From: a virus
Taxonomy: Duplodnaviria > Caudoviricetes
Reading direction: 5' to 3' (one strand)
DNA: 30,207 nt
IMG/VR virus record: IMGVR_UViG_3300048882_000175
Span: 1-30,207 of that record
A program made the position numbers and the translations under genes. Of this stretch, positions 15,868-24,101 are shown piece after piece. A model generated the notes under the pieces. It was given only the letters and a program-made list of their open reading frames with translations. It searched no databases and was not told where the DNA came from. The first letter of the stretch is position 1. Each line of letters opens with the position of its first letter.

Positions 15868-16238
15868 GTAAAAATCCATTCGACTACTTAAATTCGATTA
15901 ATAATTCCAAGAAATATATCTTGGAAAATGAAAAAGACTATCCTGCTTTTATGATCAATAGAGGCTTATCTTATTTCCCTGATACTGTCTTACAAGCAAA
16001 TGAGATGAATATAAGTCACCATCTTGACAATGGGCCCCAGTATAACTTTCTTATAAATATTGTTAGGAAGCGCAAACGTTTCTCGAAGTGGAATAAGGCA
16101 TCAGAGTCTGACGATATTAAATCTATCAAAAAGTATTATGGATATTCTAATGAAAAGGCCAGAGATGTTCTTTCGCTTCTAACTAAAAATGAATTGAAGC
16201 TAATTAAGGAAAGAATAGATCATGGTGGAACAAAATGA
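15864..16238 (+). CDS. gp62: Clamp loader small subunit gp62
   Basis: YPAFMINRGLSYFPD, RKRKRFSKW and YYGYSNEKA motifs; directly upstream of regA. Confidence 0.9.
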   Translation: MSKNPFDYLNSINNSKKYILENEKDYPAFMINRGLSYFPDTVLQANEMNISHHLDNGPQYNFLINIVRKRKRFSKWNKASESDDIKSIKKYYGYSNEKARDVLSLLTKNELKLIKERIDHGGTK

Positions 16239-16632
16239 TGAACTAGTAAATTGGAACCCTGATATGATGTTAGAGGTTATCTTAGGAGAACCAGATGATT
16301 TTTTAAAAATCAGAGAAACATTAACTCGGATGGGTGTAGCATCTAAAAGAGACTCAAAGCTATATCAATCTTGTCATATATTACATAAGCAAGGTAGATA
16401 TTTTATAACACATTTTAAAGAATTATTTTTGTTGGATGGAAAGCCATCTAACCTAACTGAGAATGACTTAGGCAGAAGAAATACAATAGTACAACTTATG
16501 TCTGATTGGGGTTTATTAGAAACTGTATTGACCATTGGTGATACTGCCCCTTTAAATCAAATTAAAATAATCTCACATAAAGATAAAAATAATTGGGAAT
16601 TATGCCCAAAATATAATATTGGTGTGAAATAA
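16222..16632 (+). CDS. regA: Translational repressor RegA
   Basis: DDFLKIRETLTRMG, LYQSCHILHKQGRYFITHFKELF and PKYNIG motifs. Confidence 0.95.
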   Translation: MVEQNDELVNWNPDMMLEVILGEPDDFLKIRETLTRMGVASKRDSKLYQSCHILHKQGRYFITHFKELFLLDGKPSNLTENDLGRRNTIVQLMSDWGLLETVLTIGDTAPLNQIKIISHKDKNNWELCPKYNIGVK

Positions 16633-16636
16633 ATTA

Positions 16637-16644
16637 TATAAATA
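16637..16644 (+). promoter_or_regulatory. T4-type late promoter upstream of hsp20
   Basis: Intergenic TATAAATA directly ahead of the structured leader. Confidence 0.65.
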
Positions 16645-16648
16645 GATT

Positions 16649-16729
16649 TGTAAGTGCTTCGGGCTTACATATGGAGGAGTCACAAGAGTGGCTCTATAAT
16701 TAAAACTCGCTTAACAGGAGAAAAATATG
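16649..16729 (+). promoter_or_regulatory. ROSE-like RNA thermometer in the hsp20 5' UTR
   Basis: Three hairpins: cUUCGg-capped (16649-16669), GAGTCAC/GTGGCTC (16677-16694), and CTCGCT-TAAC-AGGAG (16706-16720), where the U(U/C)GCU motif pairs with the SD and leaves a bulged G. Confidence 0.7.
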
Positions 16730-17164
16730 ACAACATTTCAAAGAGATCTATTCTTTGGATTTGATGAATTATTCAATTCATTAAATAACCCTCAACAAAA
16801 ACAATCATACCCACCATATAATGTGGTGAGGAAAGATGATAATCATTATCTAATTGAAATCGCAGTGGCTGGATTTAAATCAGATGAAATTGATTTGATT
16901 TTAGAAAAAGGTATATTGACTGTTTCTGGTAAACATAAAGAATATGAAAATAATCGTAATGATGAATATGTTCATAAAGGCATTTCAACTAGAGACTTTA
17001 GTAGATCATTTACATTAGCTGAAACTATCAAAGTGGTAGGTGCTGATATTGTGAATGGATTATTATTAATTGGTCTTGAAAATGAAATCCCAGAGGAAGA
17101 TAAACCTCAAACTATTAACCTTGGAGAATTTGGCGAAAGAGCCAAAGAACTTCTTTTAGGTTAA
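16727..17164 (+). CDS. hsp20: Small heat-shock protein Hsp20 (IbpA-like)
   Basis: YPPYNV, IEIAVAGF, HKGISTRDFSRSFTLA and NGLL motifs. Confidence 0.93.
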   Translation: MTTFQRDLFFGFDELFNSLNNPQQKQSYPPYNVVRKDDNHYLIEIAVAGFKSDEIDLILEKGILTVSGKHKEYENNRNDEYVHKGISTRDFSRSFTLAETIKVVGADIVNGLLLIGLENEIPEEDKPQTINLGEFGERAKELLLG

Positions 17165-17177
17165 ATAACAACTTTAC

Positions 17178-17202
17178 TGGTCATTAATACTCTTAATGGC
17201 CA
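17178..17202 (+). terminator. Hairpin after hsp20 (weak terminator or processing site)
   Basis: TGGTCATTAA-TACTC-TTAATGGCCA followed by only a weak U-tract. Confidence 0.45.
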
Positions 17203-17225
17203 TTATATTATATAATGGAGAAATT

Positions 17226-17513
17226 ATGATACAACTCGTAAGACTAACAACTGGCGAAGAAATCCTTTGCAAAATTCAAAATGATACTACAACTTTAATT
17301 ACTGTTACAGATCCCGTTCAACTAATTCCAACAGGGGAAGGTAAAATTTCCTTTGCTCCTTATATGAGTTATTGTGCAATTGAGAAATTATATATTAAGG
17401 TAGAACATATTATGTTTATTGTACAACCAGAACCTGGTTTAATTGATAAATATAAATCCATGATTGGAGATGCTCCTTCAATTGAAACACCACTACAAAA
17501 AATAATTACGTAA
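17226..17513 (+). CDS. Conserved T4-like hypothetical protein, possible Sm/SH3-like fold
   Basis: Start moved from 17196 to 17226 because GGAG lies at 17217-17220; IQLVRLTTGEEIL...FAPYM pattern. Confidence 0.65.
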   Translation: MIQLVRLTTGEEILCKIQNDTTTLITVTDPVQLIPTGEGKISFAPYMSYCAIEKLYIKVEHIMFIVQPEPGLIDKYKSMIGDAPSIETPLQKIIT

Positions 17514-17518
17514 TTGGG

Positions 17519-17548
17519 GTTTACTTTTGGTCAAGAATATGTTATAAT
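17519..17548 (+). promoter_or_regulatory. Early/middle promoter for gp43
   Basis: GTTTAC-TTTTGGTCAAGAATATGT-TATAAT. Confidence 0.85.
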
Positions 17549-17556
17549 ATTAACAT

Positions 17557-20064
17557 ATGATTGATAAAATATATACGAATGCCTATCGATTTGGCAAAAA
17601 CATTAGATACCTTGGTTATGAAAATGGGAAGCGTGTGCAACGCACAATTCCATTCAAGCCAACTCTCTATGTATCCTCAAAAGATCCTAAGTCAAAATGG
17701 AAGTCATTGGATGATGTCAATGTTGAACCAATAACATTTGGGGCAATGAAAGAAGCAACTGACTTCGTTAAACAATATTCTGATGTAGACAAATTTAAAA
17801 TCTTTGGTAATACTAACTATGTAGCTCAGTATCTCTATCAGGAATTTCCTGGTAAGATCAAATGGGAACCAAAGCATATTAATATTACTTCAATAGATAT
17901 TGAAACGAAATTTGAAGATGGGTTTCCTCATCCGGATATTGCCGATCAGGAAGTTACTGCTATTACTTGTAAGAATAACATTGATGATATTTACTATGTC
18001 TTTGGATGTGGTGATTATGATGTAGAAAAATCTTATATGACTACCAACCAAGTCAAGTATATCAAATGTAATGATGAAAAGGAATTACTTATAAGATATA
18101 CATTACATATGAGTTCAGTAGATATTATTACTGGGTGGAATGTAAGATTCTTTGATATACCATACCTAGTTAATAGAATTAAAACTATATGTGGCAGTGA
18201 TGTAATGAAAAAGTTATCTCCTTGGGGTGATATTTCGCTTAGGGAAATAGAAACATTTGGTAAAAAGAGGCAAACATTTAACTTAAAAGGTATTGCTGTG
18301 TTGGACTATATTGAACTATATAAAAAATTCACATATACTACTCAGGAATCTTATAAGTTAGATCATATTGCTCATGTTGAGCTTGGTGAACGAAAGTTAT
18401 CATATGAAGAATTTGGTGACTTAAATGAGTTATACCATAACAACTATCAAAAGTTTATTGACTACAACATTAAAGACGTTGAAATTGTAGATAGGCTTGA
18501 GGATAAAATGGGCCTTATTGTTCTTGCAATGACTATGGCTTATAAAGGTGGTGTTAACTATGAGGAGGTATTAGGTACTGTTGCTATTTGGGACTCAATT
18601 ATTTACAGAGACTTATCTGAACAACATATTACTATACCTCAAAACAATGAATCGTACAAAGGTGATTATCCTGGTGGTTATGTAAAAGATCCTATGGTGG
18701 GAATGCATGATTGGGTTGTATCATTTGACTTAAACTCTCTATATCCATCTCTTATTATGCAATATAATATGAGCCCAGAAACTATACTACATGATACTGA
18801 ACCAGGCGTAACTCCAGATAATATTTTAGCCGGAACTATGACTAATAAAGTACCAAATACTGCCATGGCAGCCAATGGTGTTAGATTTGATACAACTAAA
18901 ACTGGGGTATTACCTAGGATTGTTGAAGAGTTATATGCCGAACGGGTAGGAGTTAAAGATGAAATGCTTAAGGCCCAACAAGAGATGGAACAACTCATTG
19001 ATGGTAGTAAAACTCAAAAATATGCTATTGAAAAACGAATAGCAATTGCCAAGAATAAACAAATGGCAATTAAAATTCTACTTAACTCTTTGTATGGAGC
19101 AATGGGTAATAAATGGTTTAGATATTTTGATATGCGTATTGCGGAAGGTATTACACTATCAGGCCAAGCAACTATTAAGTGGGCCGAAAAACATCTTAAT
19201 GAATATCTAAATAAACTAATGGGAAATGATAATGGAAACCGTGATTATGTTATTGCTATTGACACTGATAGTGTATATGTCAACTTGGGTCCTCTTGTTG
19301 ATAAGCTTAAGCCTGTTAAGCCTATTGATTTTCTTGATAAAGTTTGTTCTGGAAAACTGGAAGATGTTCTTATTGATGCTTATGCTGATTTATTTAATAG
19401 ACTTGGCGGTAGGTCTAATAAAATGGTCATGGGTAGAGAGGTTATTGCTGACCGAGGTATCTGGACAGCTAAGAAACGGTACATACTAAATGTACATGAC
19501 AATGAGGGAGTTAGATATACTAAGCCTAAACTTAAGATTATGGGCATTGAAGCAATCAAATCATCGACTCCGGCGATATGCAGGCAAGCCTTAAGGGATA
19601 TGTTTACTACAATCATTACTAAGGATGAGGCGACAGTTCAATCAGAGATAGCTCAATTCAAAACTTTATTTAATGGTTCATTAGCAGAAGAGGTATCATT
19701 CCCAAGAGGCATCCACGAATTAGATAAGTGGGCAGATAAAAGGACTATATACACTAAAGGAACTCCAATTCACGTAAGAGGTTCTTTAGTACATAATAAT
19801 GTTATAAAAGAAAAAAGACTAAATAAGAAATATAATATGATTGAAAGTGGAGATAAAGTTAAGTTTACTTATCTTAAAATGCCTAATCCAATTAAGAGTA
19901 ATGTAATATCATTTATAGACTATCTCCCAAGAGAGTTAAATCTAAATAGCTATGTTGATTACAATACTCAATTTGAAAAGACATTTGTATCTGTTATTAA
20001 ACCTATTCTTACCTCAATTGGGTGGGAAATAGAAAAAACAATATCCCTTGATAATTTTTTTTAA
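17557..20064 (+). CDS. gp43: Family B DNA polymerase gp43
   Basis: Exo motifs DIET, GWNVRFFD, YNIKD; Pol motifs SFDLNSLYPS, KILLNSLYG, IDTDS, KKRY; C-terminal clamp-binding SLDNFF. Confidence 0.97.
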   Translation: MIDKIYTNAYRFGKNIRYLGYENGKRVQRTIPFKPTLYVSSKDPKSKWKSLDDVNVEPITFGAMKEATDFVKQYSDVDKFKIFGNTNYVAQYLYQEFPGKIKWEPKHINITSIDIETKFEDGFPHPDIADQEVTAITCKNNIDDIYYVFGCGDYDVEKSYMTTNQVKYIKCNDEKELLIRYTLHMSSVDIITGWNVRFFDIPYLVNRIKTICGSDVMKKLSPWGDISLREIETFGKKRQTFNLKGIAVLDYIELYKKFTYTTQESYKLDHIAHVELGERKLSYEEFGDLNELYHNNYQKFIDYNIKDVEIVDRLEDKMGLIVLAMTMAYKGGVNYEEVLGTVAIWDSIIYRDLSEQHITIPQNNESYKGDYPGGYVKDPMVGMHDWVVSFDLNSLYPSLIMQYNMSPETILHDTEPGVTPDNILAGTMTNKVPNTAMAANGVRFDTTKTGVLPRIVEELYAERVGVKDEMLKAQQEMEQLIDGSKTQKYAIEKRIAIAKNKQMAIKILLNSLYGAMGNKWFRYFDMRIAEGITLSGQATIKWAEKHLNEYLNKLMGNDNGNRDYVIAIDTDSVYVNLGPLVDKLKPVKPIDFLDKVCSGKLEDVLIDAYADLFNRLGGRSNKMVMGREVIADRGIWTAKKRYILNVHDNEGVRYTKPKLKIMGIEAIKSSTPAICRQALRDMFTTIITKDEATVQSEIAQFKTLFNGSLAEEVSFPRGIHELDKWADKRTIYTKGTPIHVRGSLVHNNVIKEKRLNKKYNMIESGDKVKFTYLKMPNPIKSNVISFIDYLPRELNLNSYVDYNTQFEKTFVSVIKPILTSIGWEIEKTISLDNFF

Positions 20065-20071
20065 AAAAGGG

Positions 20072-20101
20072 GTTTACTTTTGATACTAAATATGATATAA
20101 T
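20072..20101 (+). promoter_or_regulatory. Early/middle promoter for the glycosyltransferase operon
   Basis: GTTTAC-TTTTGATACTAAATATGA-TATAAT. Confidence 0.85.
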
Positions 20102-20128
20102 ATAATATATAAAAAAGGAAAAAAGAAT

Positions 20129-21019
20129 ATGAATCCAAAATATCCCGTATACATTATCTCTAAGGGTAGAGCAAACACCCGAATGACATCCAAGACTCTA
20201 GAAGAGATTGGCGTGCCTTATAGAATTGTAATTGAAAAATCAGAATATGATGACTATGCTGCTGTGATTGATCCAGCTAAGATTCTAATATTACCTGAAG
20301 GTTTTAGAGAAGATCCTGACCTGGCTTTTCCTGATGTGGATGGTAGACTTGGTGGTTCTATTCCAGTACGTAATTGGGTTTGGAAACATTCAATTGCAGA
20401 AGGTCATAAGAAGCATTGGATTTTAGATGATAACATTAGACATTTTTATAGACTAAATAGAAATTTAAAGGTAAGAGTTACATCGGGATCCACATTTAGA
20501 TTATGTGAAATCTTTACAGATAGATATAAGGACATTGGAATGTCAGGTATGAACTATGCATTCTTTGCTCCTAGGTCTCAAAAGAAAGCTCCATTCTATC
20601 TTAACACAAGAATTTATTCATGCATTCTTATTAACAATTCTGTTGAACATAGATGGCGTGGTAAGTATAATGAAGATACAGATTTAAGTTTACGTGTACT
20701 TAAGTCTGGATATAGAACTATTCTATTTAATGCTTACTTGTGTGGTAAGGCAGCAACTCACTCTATGAAAGGTGGTAATACGGAAGAAGTTTATGAAGTG
20801 AAGGATGGGCAAAGCTCTGATAATCGTAGAGAATTTGCAGAGTCGCTTAAGGCTCAACATCCAGATGTGGTTGAGGTAATTATAAGATGGGGTAGATGTC
20901 ATCACTTAGTTAATTACAGAGTATTTAAGCAACCATTAGAATATAAAGATGACTATATACCTAAGTATGGAATTAATACTTATGGATTAAAAATGATAAC
21001 AGCGGAGGCAGAAAAATGA
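20129..21019 (+). CDS. GT-A fold glycosyltransferase of the TET-associated/GREB1-like type (putative DNA-base glycosyltransferase)
   Basis: VYIISKGR, RNW, HWILDDNI, YSCILI, NEDTDLS and MKGGNT motifs. Confidence 0.72.
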   Translation: MNPKYPVYIISKGRANTRMTSKTLEEIGVPYRIVIEKSEYDDYAAVIDPAKILILPEGFREDPDLAFPDVDGRLGGSIPVRNWVWKHSIAEGHKKHWILDDNIRHFYRLNRNLKVRVTSGSTFRLCEIFTDRYKDIGMSGMNYAFFAPRSQKKAPFYLNTRIYSCILINNSVEHRWRGKYNEDTDLSLRVLKSGYRTILFNAYLCGKAATHSMKGGNTEEVYEVKDGQSSDNRREFAESLKAQHPDVVEVIIRWGRCHHLVNYRVFKQPLEYKDDYIPKYGINTYGLKMITAEAEK

Positions 21020-21279
21020 GTGATAACATATTTGTAATTACTGAACAGGAAGAAGAAAGAAACAAGTGGAATGGCTGGGAAGATATGCCAGAGTATGTCC
21101 AAGAAAATGATGAAGCATATCATATGATGAGAGTTAGATTTAGGAATGATGAAGACATTGCTGAGTTTGCAAAGTTAATTGGACAACCTCACATTACTAA
21201 GAAGTCTAAATATACTTGGTTCCCACGAGTAGATAGTACTGAAAATTCATTACTTAGGTGGATTGATGATGAAGGGTAA
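21016..21279 (+). CDS. Small acidic protein coupled to the glycosyltransferase
   Basis: ATGA overlap and GGAGG RBS; WEDMPEY...VRFRNDED...F...IGQ...WFP pattern. Confidence 0.7.
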   Translation: MSDNIFVITEQEEERNKWNGWEDMPEYVQENDEAYHMMRVRFRNDEDIAEFAKLIGQPHITKKSKYTWFPRVDSTENSLLRWIDDEG

Positions 21280-22150
21280 AAAGATTTTAGTCACTGGCGG
21301 GGCTGGCTTTATCGGTAGTAATTTATGTGAGGAATTAGTAAAGCATAATGAAGTATGGAGCTTAGATAATTACTTCACCGGCTCAGAAGATAATCATGTC
21401 GATAAAGTAATTTATATAAGAGGTAATACTAAAGACATTGAAAAATCTACTTTTGGTTATGTAACACCAGATATTATCTATCACCTTGGTGAATACTCTA
21501 GGGTAGAACAAAGCTTTGATGATATTCAAAAGGTTTGGGAATATAATAAAGACGGGACCTTTGCTGTATTAGAATATGTTAGGAAGACTGGAGCGAAACT
21601 AATTTATGCCGGTTCATCTACAAAGTTTGCTGATAATGGTATAGGTAAGAATCAAAGCCCTTATGCTTGGGCTAAGTCTACTAATACTCAATTGGTTAAG
21701 AATTATGGTGAGTGGTTTGGTATTGATTATGCAATTACTTACTTCTATAATGTTTATGGCAATAGAGAAATTAGCTCAGGTAAGTATGCAACATTGGTTG
21801 CTTTATTTAAAGATAAGCTTAAGAATAGAGATAAGTTTACTGTTGTATTACCTGGCACACAAAGAAGAAACTTTACCCATGTCAATGATACTATCAATGG
21901 TCTATTACTAATTGGTGAAAAAGGACACGGTGATGGTTATGGTATAGGTTCGGCAACCAGTTATAGTATCAATGAACTGGCAGAATTATTTGCTATTAAA
22001 GCTCATGTTTCTACAATTCAATACTTACCTGAAAGACCTGGAAATAGAATGGCAGGACCTGTTATGACAGATAAGATAGAAGAATTAGGATGGACTCAAA
22101 ATTATCATTTAGAGGATTATATTAATGAATTACCAACTAACCTTATTTAA
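21263..22150 (+). CDS. NAD-dependent nucleotide-sugar epimerase/dehydratase (extended SDR)
   Basis: TGGAGFIG, LDNYFTG, SPYAWAK (YxxxK), YNVYG and RNFTHV motifs. Confidence 0.9.
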   Translation: MMMKGKKILVTGGAGFIGSNLCEELVKHNEVWSLDNYFTGSEDNHVDKVIYIRGNTKDIEKSTFGYVTPDIIYHLGEYSRVEQSFDDIQKVWEYNKDGTFAVLEYVRKTGAKLIYAGSSTKFADNGIGKNQSPYAWAKSTNTQLVKNYGEWFGIDYAITYFYNVYGNREISSGKYATLVALFKDKLKNRDKFTVVLPGTQRRNFTHVNDTINGLLLIGEKGHGDGYGIGSATSYSINELAELFAIKAHVSTIQYLPERPGNRMAGPVMTDKIEELGWTQNYHLEDYINELPTNLI

Positions 22151-23051
22151 ATCTCTATACGATAATAAGATTAATAAAATAGTAGCATTTGATACTTTCG
22201 ATGAGTTAGAAAACCTATTATATAATTTGGCTAAAGAGCCAAAAGAATCAAAGACAGATGCTCAACTAATATCTCCTGCCTCATATAAAAATGAAACTAC
22301 AAGAGCTAATTTAAATGTAGTGGCGTGGGAAGGTTGGGCCGCAGTAGATGTAGATGAACATAAGTTTGAAGGTGATCTTAAATCAGAATTAAAAGAAAAA
22401 TATGGTAAGTATTATTTTGTGTGTTACTCAACAGCTTCATCTACTAAAGAACATCCAAAATTTAGATTAGTATTTCCTCTAACTAATGAAGTAATGTCTA
22501 ATAATATTAGTCATTTTTGGTTTGCACTAAATACTGAGTTAGGTGAAATTGGAGATATTCAAACTAAAGACATGAGTAGGATGTATTATATTCCAGCTTT
22601 ATATAAAGGTGCTAATAATTTTATCTTTACAAATGAAGGTGAACATATTAATCCATTTGATCTAATGAATAAGCATTCATATATAGAAAAGCCAAAAGGT
22701 TTATTTGATAACTTACCAGAAGCAATTAGAAATGCTATAATAAGTGAGAGGAAATCAAGATTAACTAATACTACTATATCATGGAATAACTATAAGGATT
22801 GTCCATTTGTTTCTAAGAAAATGATTAAGGATTATAACACAATTTCTGGTACTGGTTGGTATCATAAGATGTACCAGATTATGATCTCAATTGCTTATTC
22901 AGCAACAAAAAGAAATTACCCAATTTCAATAAATGAAGTTGTAAATTTATGTAAAGGTCTAGACATGGATACAGGTAATTGGTATAAAAATAGACCATTA
23001 GATAAAGAAGCCGCAAGGGCCATAGAATATGTTATGCACAATAGTTTATAG
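22125..23051 (+). CDS. Archaeo-eukaryotic primase (AEP)/primase-polymerase-like protein
   Basis: AVDVD (DxD), YSTASS...PKFRLVFPL, TKDMSRMYYIP and a helical C-terminal domain. Confidence 0.68.
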   Translation: MNYQLTLFKSLYDNKINKIVAFDTFDELENLLYNLAKEPKESKTDAQLISPASYKNETTRANLNVVAWEGWAAVDVDEHKFEGDLKSELKEKYGKYYFVCYSTASSTKEHPKFRLVFPLTNEVMSNNISHFWFALNTELGEIGDIQTKDMSRMYYIPALYKGANNFIFTNEGEHINPFDLMNKHSYIEKPKGLFDNLPEAIRNAIISERKSRLTNTTISWNNYKDCPFVSKKMIKDYNTISGTGWYHKMYQIMISIAYSATKRNYPISINEVVNLCKGLDMDTGNWYKNRPLDKEAARAIEYVMHNSL

Positions 23052-23060
23052 GAGAATAAA

Positions 23061-23216
23061 ATGCAACTAAATAATTTAAATGAAGAAGATATAAAGGTAA
23101 TTTTAATTGGTTTAACTGATAATAAACTTAAGTCTTGGATTAAACTCCAATTAGAAGAACAAGTAAAAGGTGGTGGCTGGAAGGCTCGTATTAGAGAAAG
23201 AGGATATGTTATATGA
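23061..23216 (+). CDS. Small hypothetical protein (51 aa), not in the ORF track
   Basis: AGGAG RBS; MQLNNLNEEDIKVILIGLTDNKLKSWIKLQLEEQVKGGGWKARIRERGYVI; stop overlaps the next ATG (ATGA). Confidence 0.7.
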   Translation: MQLNNLNEEDIKVILIGLTDNKLKSWIKLQLEEQVKGGGWKARIRERGYVI

Positions 23217-24037
23217 ATAAAATAAAAGTTGGAATAATTGGATATGGATTTGTTGGTAAAGCAGCAGGTTATGGGTTTACTACAGATGATAATGAAATCA
23301 TTATTTCGGACCCACTTATGAATACTAATACTCAGGACGTCATAGACGCTGAGCCTGCAGTGACTTTCATTTGTGTGCCTACACCTATGTGTATCGATGG
23401 GTCAATCGATGCATCAATCGTTAAGAAGGTCATGGGCGAAATTAAAGGTAAATACAAAACTATTACTGTTCTTAAATCAACAGTTACACCTGAGATTGTA
23501 GATGAGCTATATAAATCTCATGATAATTTTGTATATAATCCTGAGTTCTTAACTGAGGCTAATGCTAAACATGATTTTGAATATGCAACTCATCATGTAT
23601 TTGGTGGTGATATTGAAGATACAAAACAACTTGAAAAATATTATCTAAATAATTCTATATGCAAACCTGCCCCTAAATTCCATATGACACCTAAGGAGGC
23701 AAGCTTTGTTAAGTATGGTATGAATTCTTTCTTGGCTACTAAAGTATTATTCTTTAATCAATTCTATGATATGTGTAAAACCCATAATGTAAGCTTTAAT
23801 AATATTACTCAAGCACTTGGAGCTGATCCAAGGATTACATATTCACATATGCAAGTACCTGGCCCGGATGGTCGTAGAGGCTATGGTGGAGCTTGTTTCC
23901 CTAAAGATACAACTGCTTTATTAGATTTTTCAAATAATAAATTTACCGTATTGGCTGAAACAATCAAAGCCAATAATAAATATAGATCTCTGTATGAATT
24001 AGATGATAGAGAAAAAGAACAAAAAGTTCACTATTAG
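23213..24037 (+). CDS. UDP-glucose/GDP-mannose 6-dehydrogenase family protein (short form)
   Basis: GYGFVG, CVPTP, KSTV, YNPEFL, K...NSFLATK and catalytic GYGGACFPKD; lacks the usual C-terminal domain. Confidence 0.88.
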   Translation: MNKIKVGIIGYGFVGKAAGYGFTTDDNEIIISDPLMNTNTQDVIDAEPAVTFICVPTPMCIDGSIDASIVKKVMGEIKGKYKTITVLKSTVTPEIVDELYKSHDNFVYNPEFLTEANAKHDFEYATHHVFGGDIEDTKQLEKYYLNNSICKPAPKFHMTPKEASFVKYGMNSFLATKVLFFNQFYDMCKTHNVSFNNITQALGADPRITYSHMQVPGPDGRRGYGGACFPKDTTALLDFSNNKFTVLAETIKANNKYRSLYELDDREKEQKVHY

Positions 24038-24038
24038 G

Positions 24039-24068
24039 GTTTACTTTTGCACCAAAGTATGTTATAAT
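24039..24068 (+). promoter_or_regulatory. Early/middle promoter for the mazG-uvsX-gp41 operon
   Basis: GTTTAC-TTTTGCACCAAAGTATGT-TATAAT. Confidence 0.85.
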
Positions 24069-24101
24069 ATATACTATGTTGAATTAAATAGGAAATAAAA
24101 A

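Noticed and set aside
12643-16059. Intragenic TATAAATA at 12643-12650 and 16052-16059 as late promoters for gp45 and regA
   Set aside because: Possible, but they are inside coding sequence and an all-AT 8-mer occurs readily by chance at this composition
947-20905. Minus-strand ORFs in the track (e.g. 947..1168, 2288..2509, 3425..3670, 3775..4104, 8593..8970, 14263..14637, 18678..18998)
   Set aside because: All lie antisense to well-supported + strand genes and have no RBS or recognisable motif; they are shadow ORFs. 3775..4104 lies downstream of the antisense promoter but has no other support.
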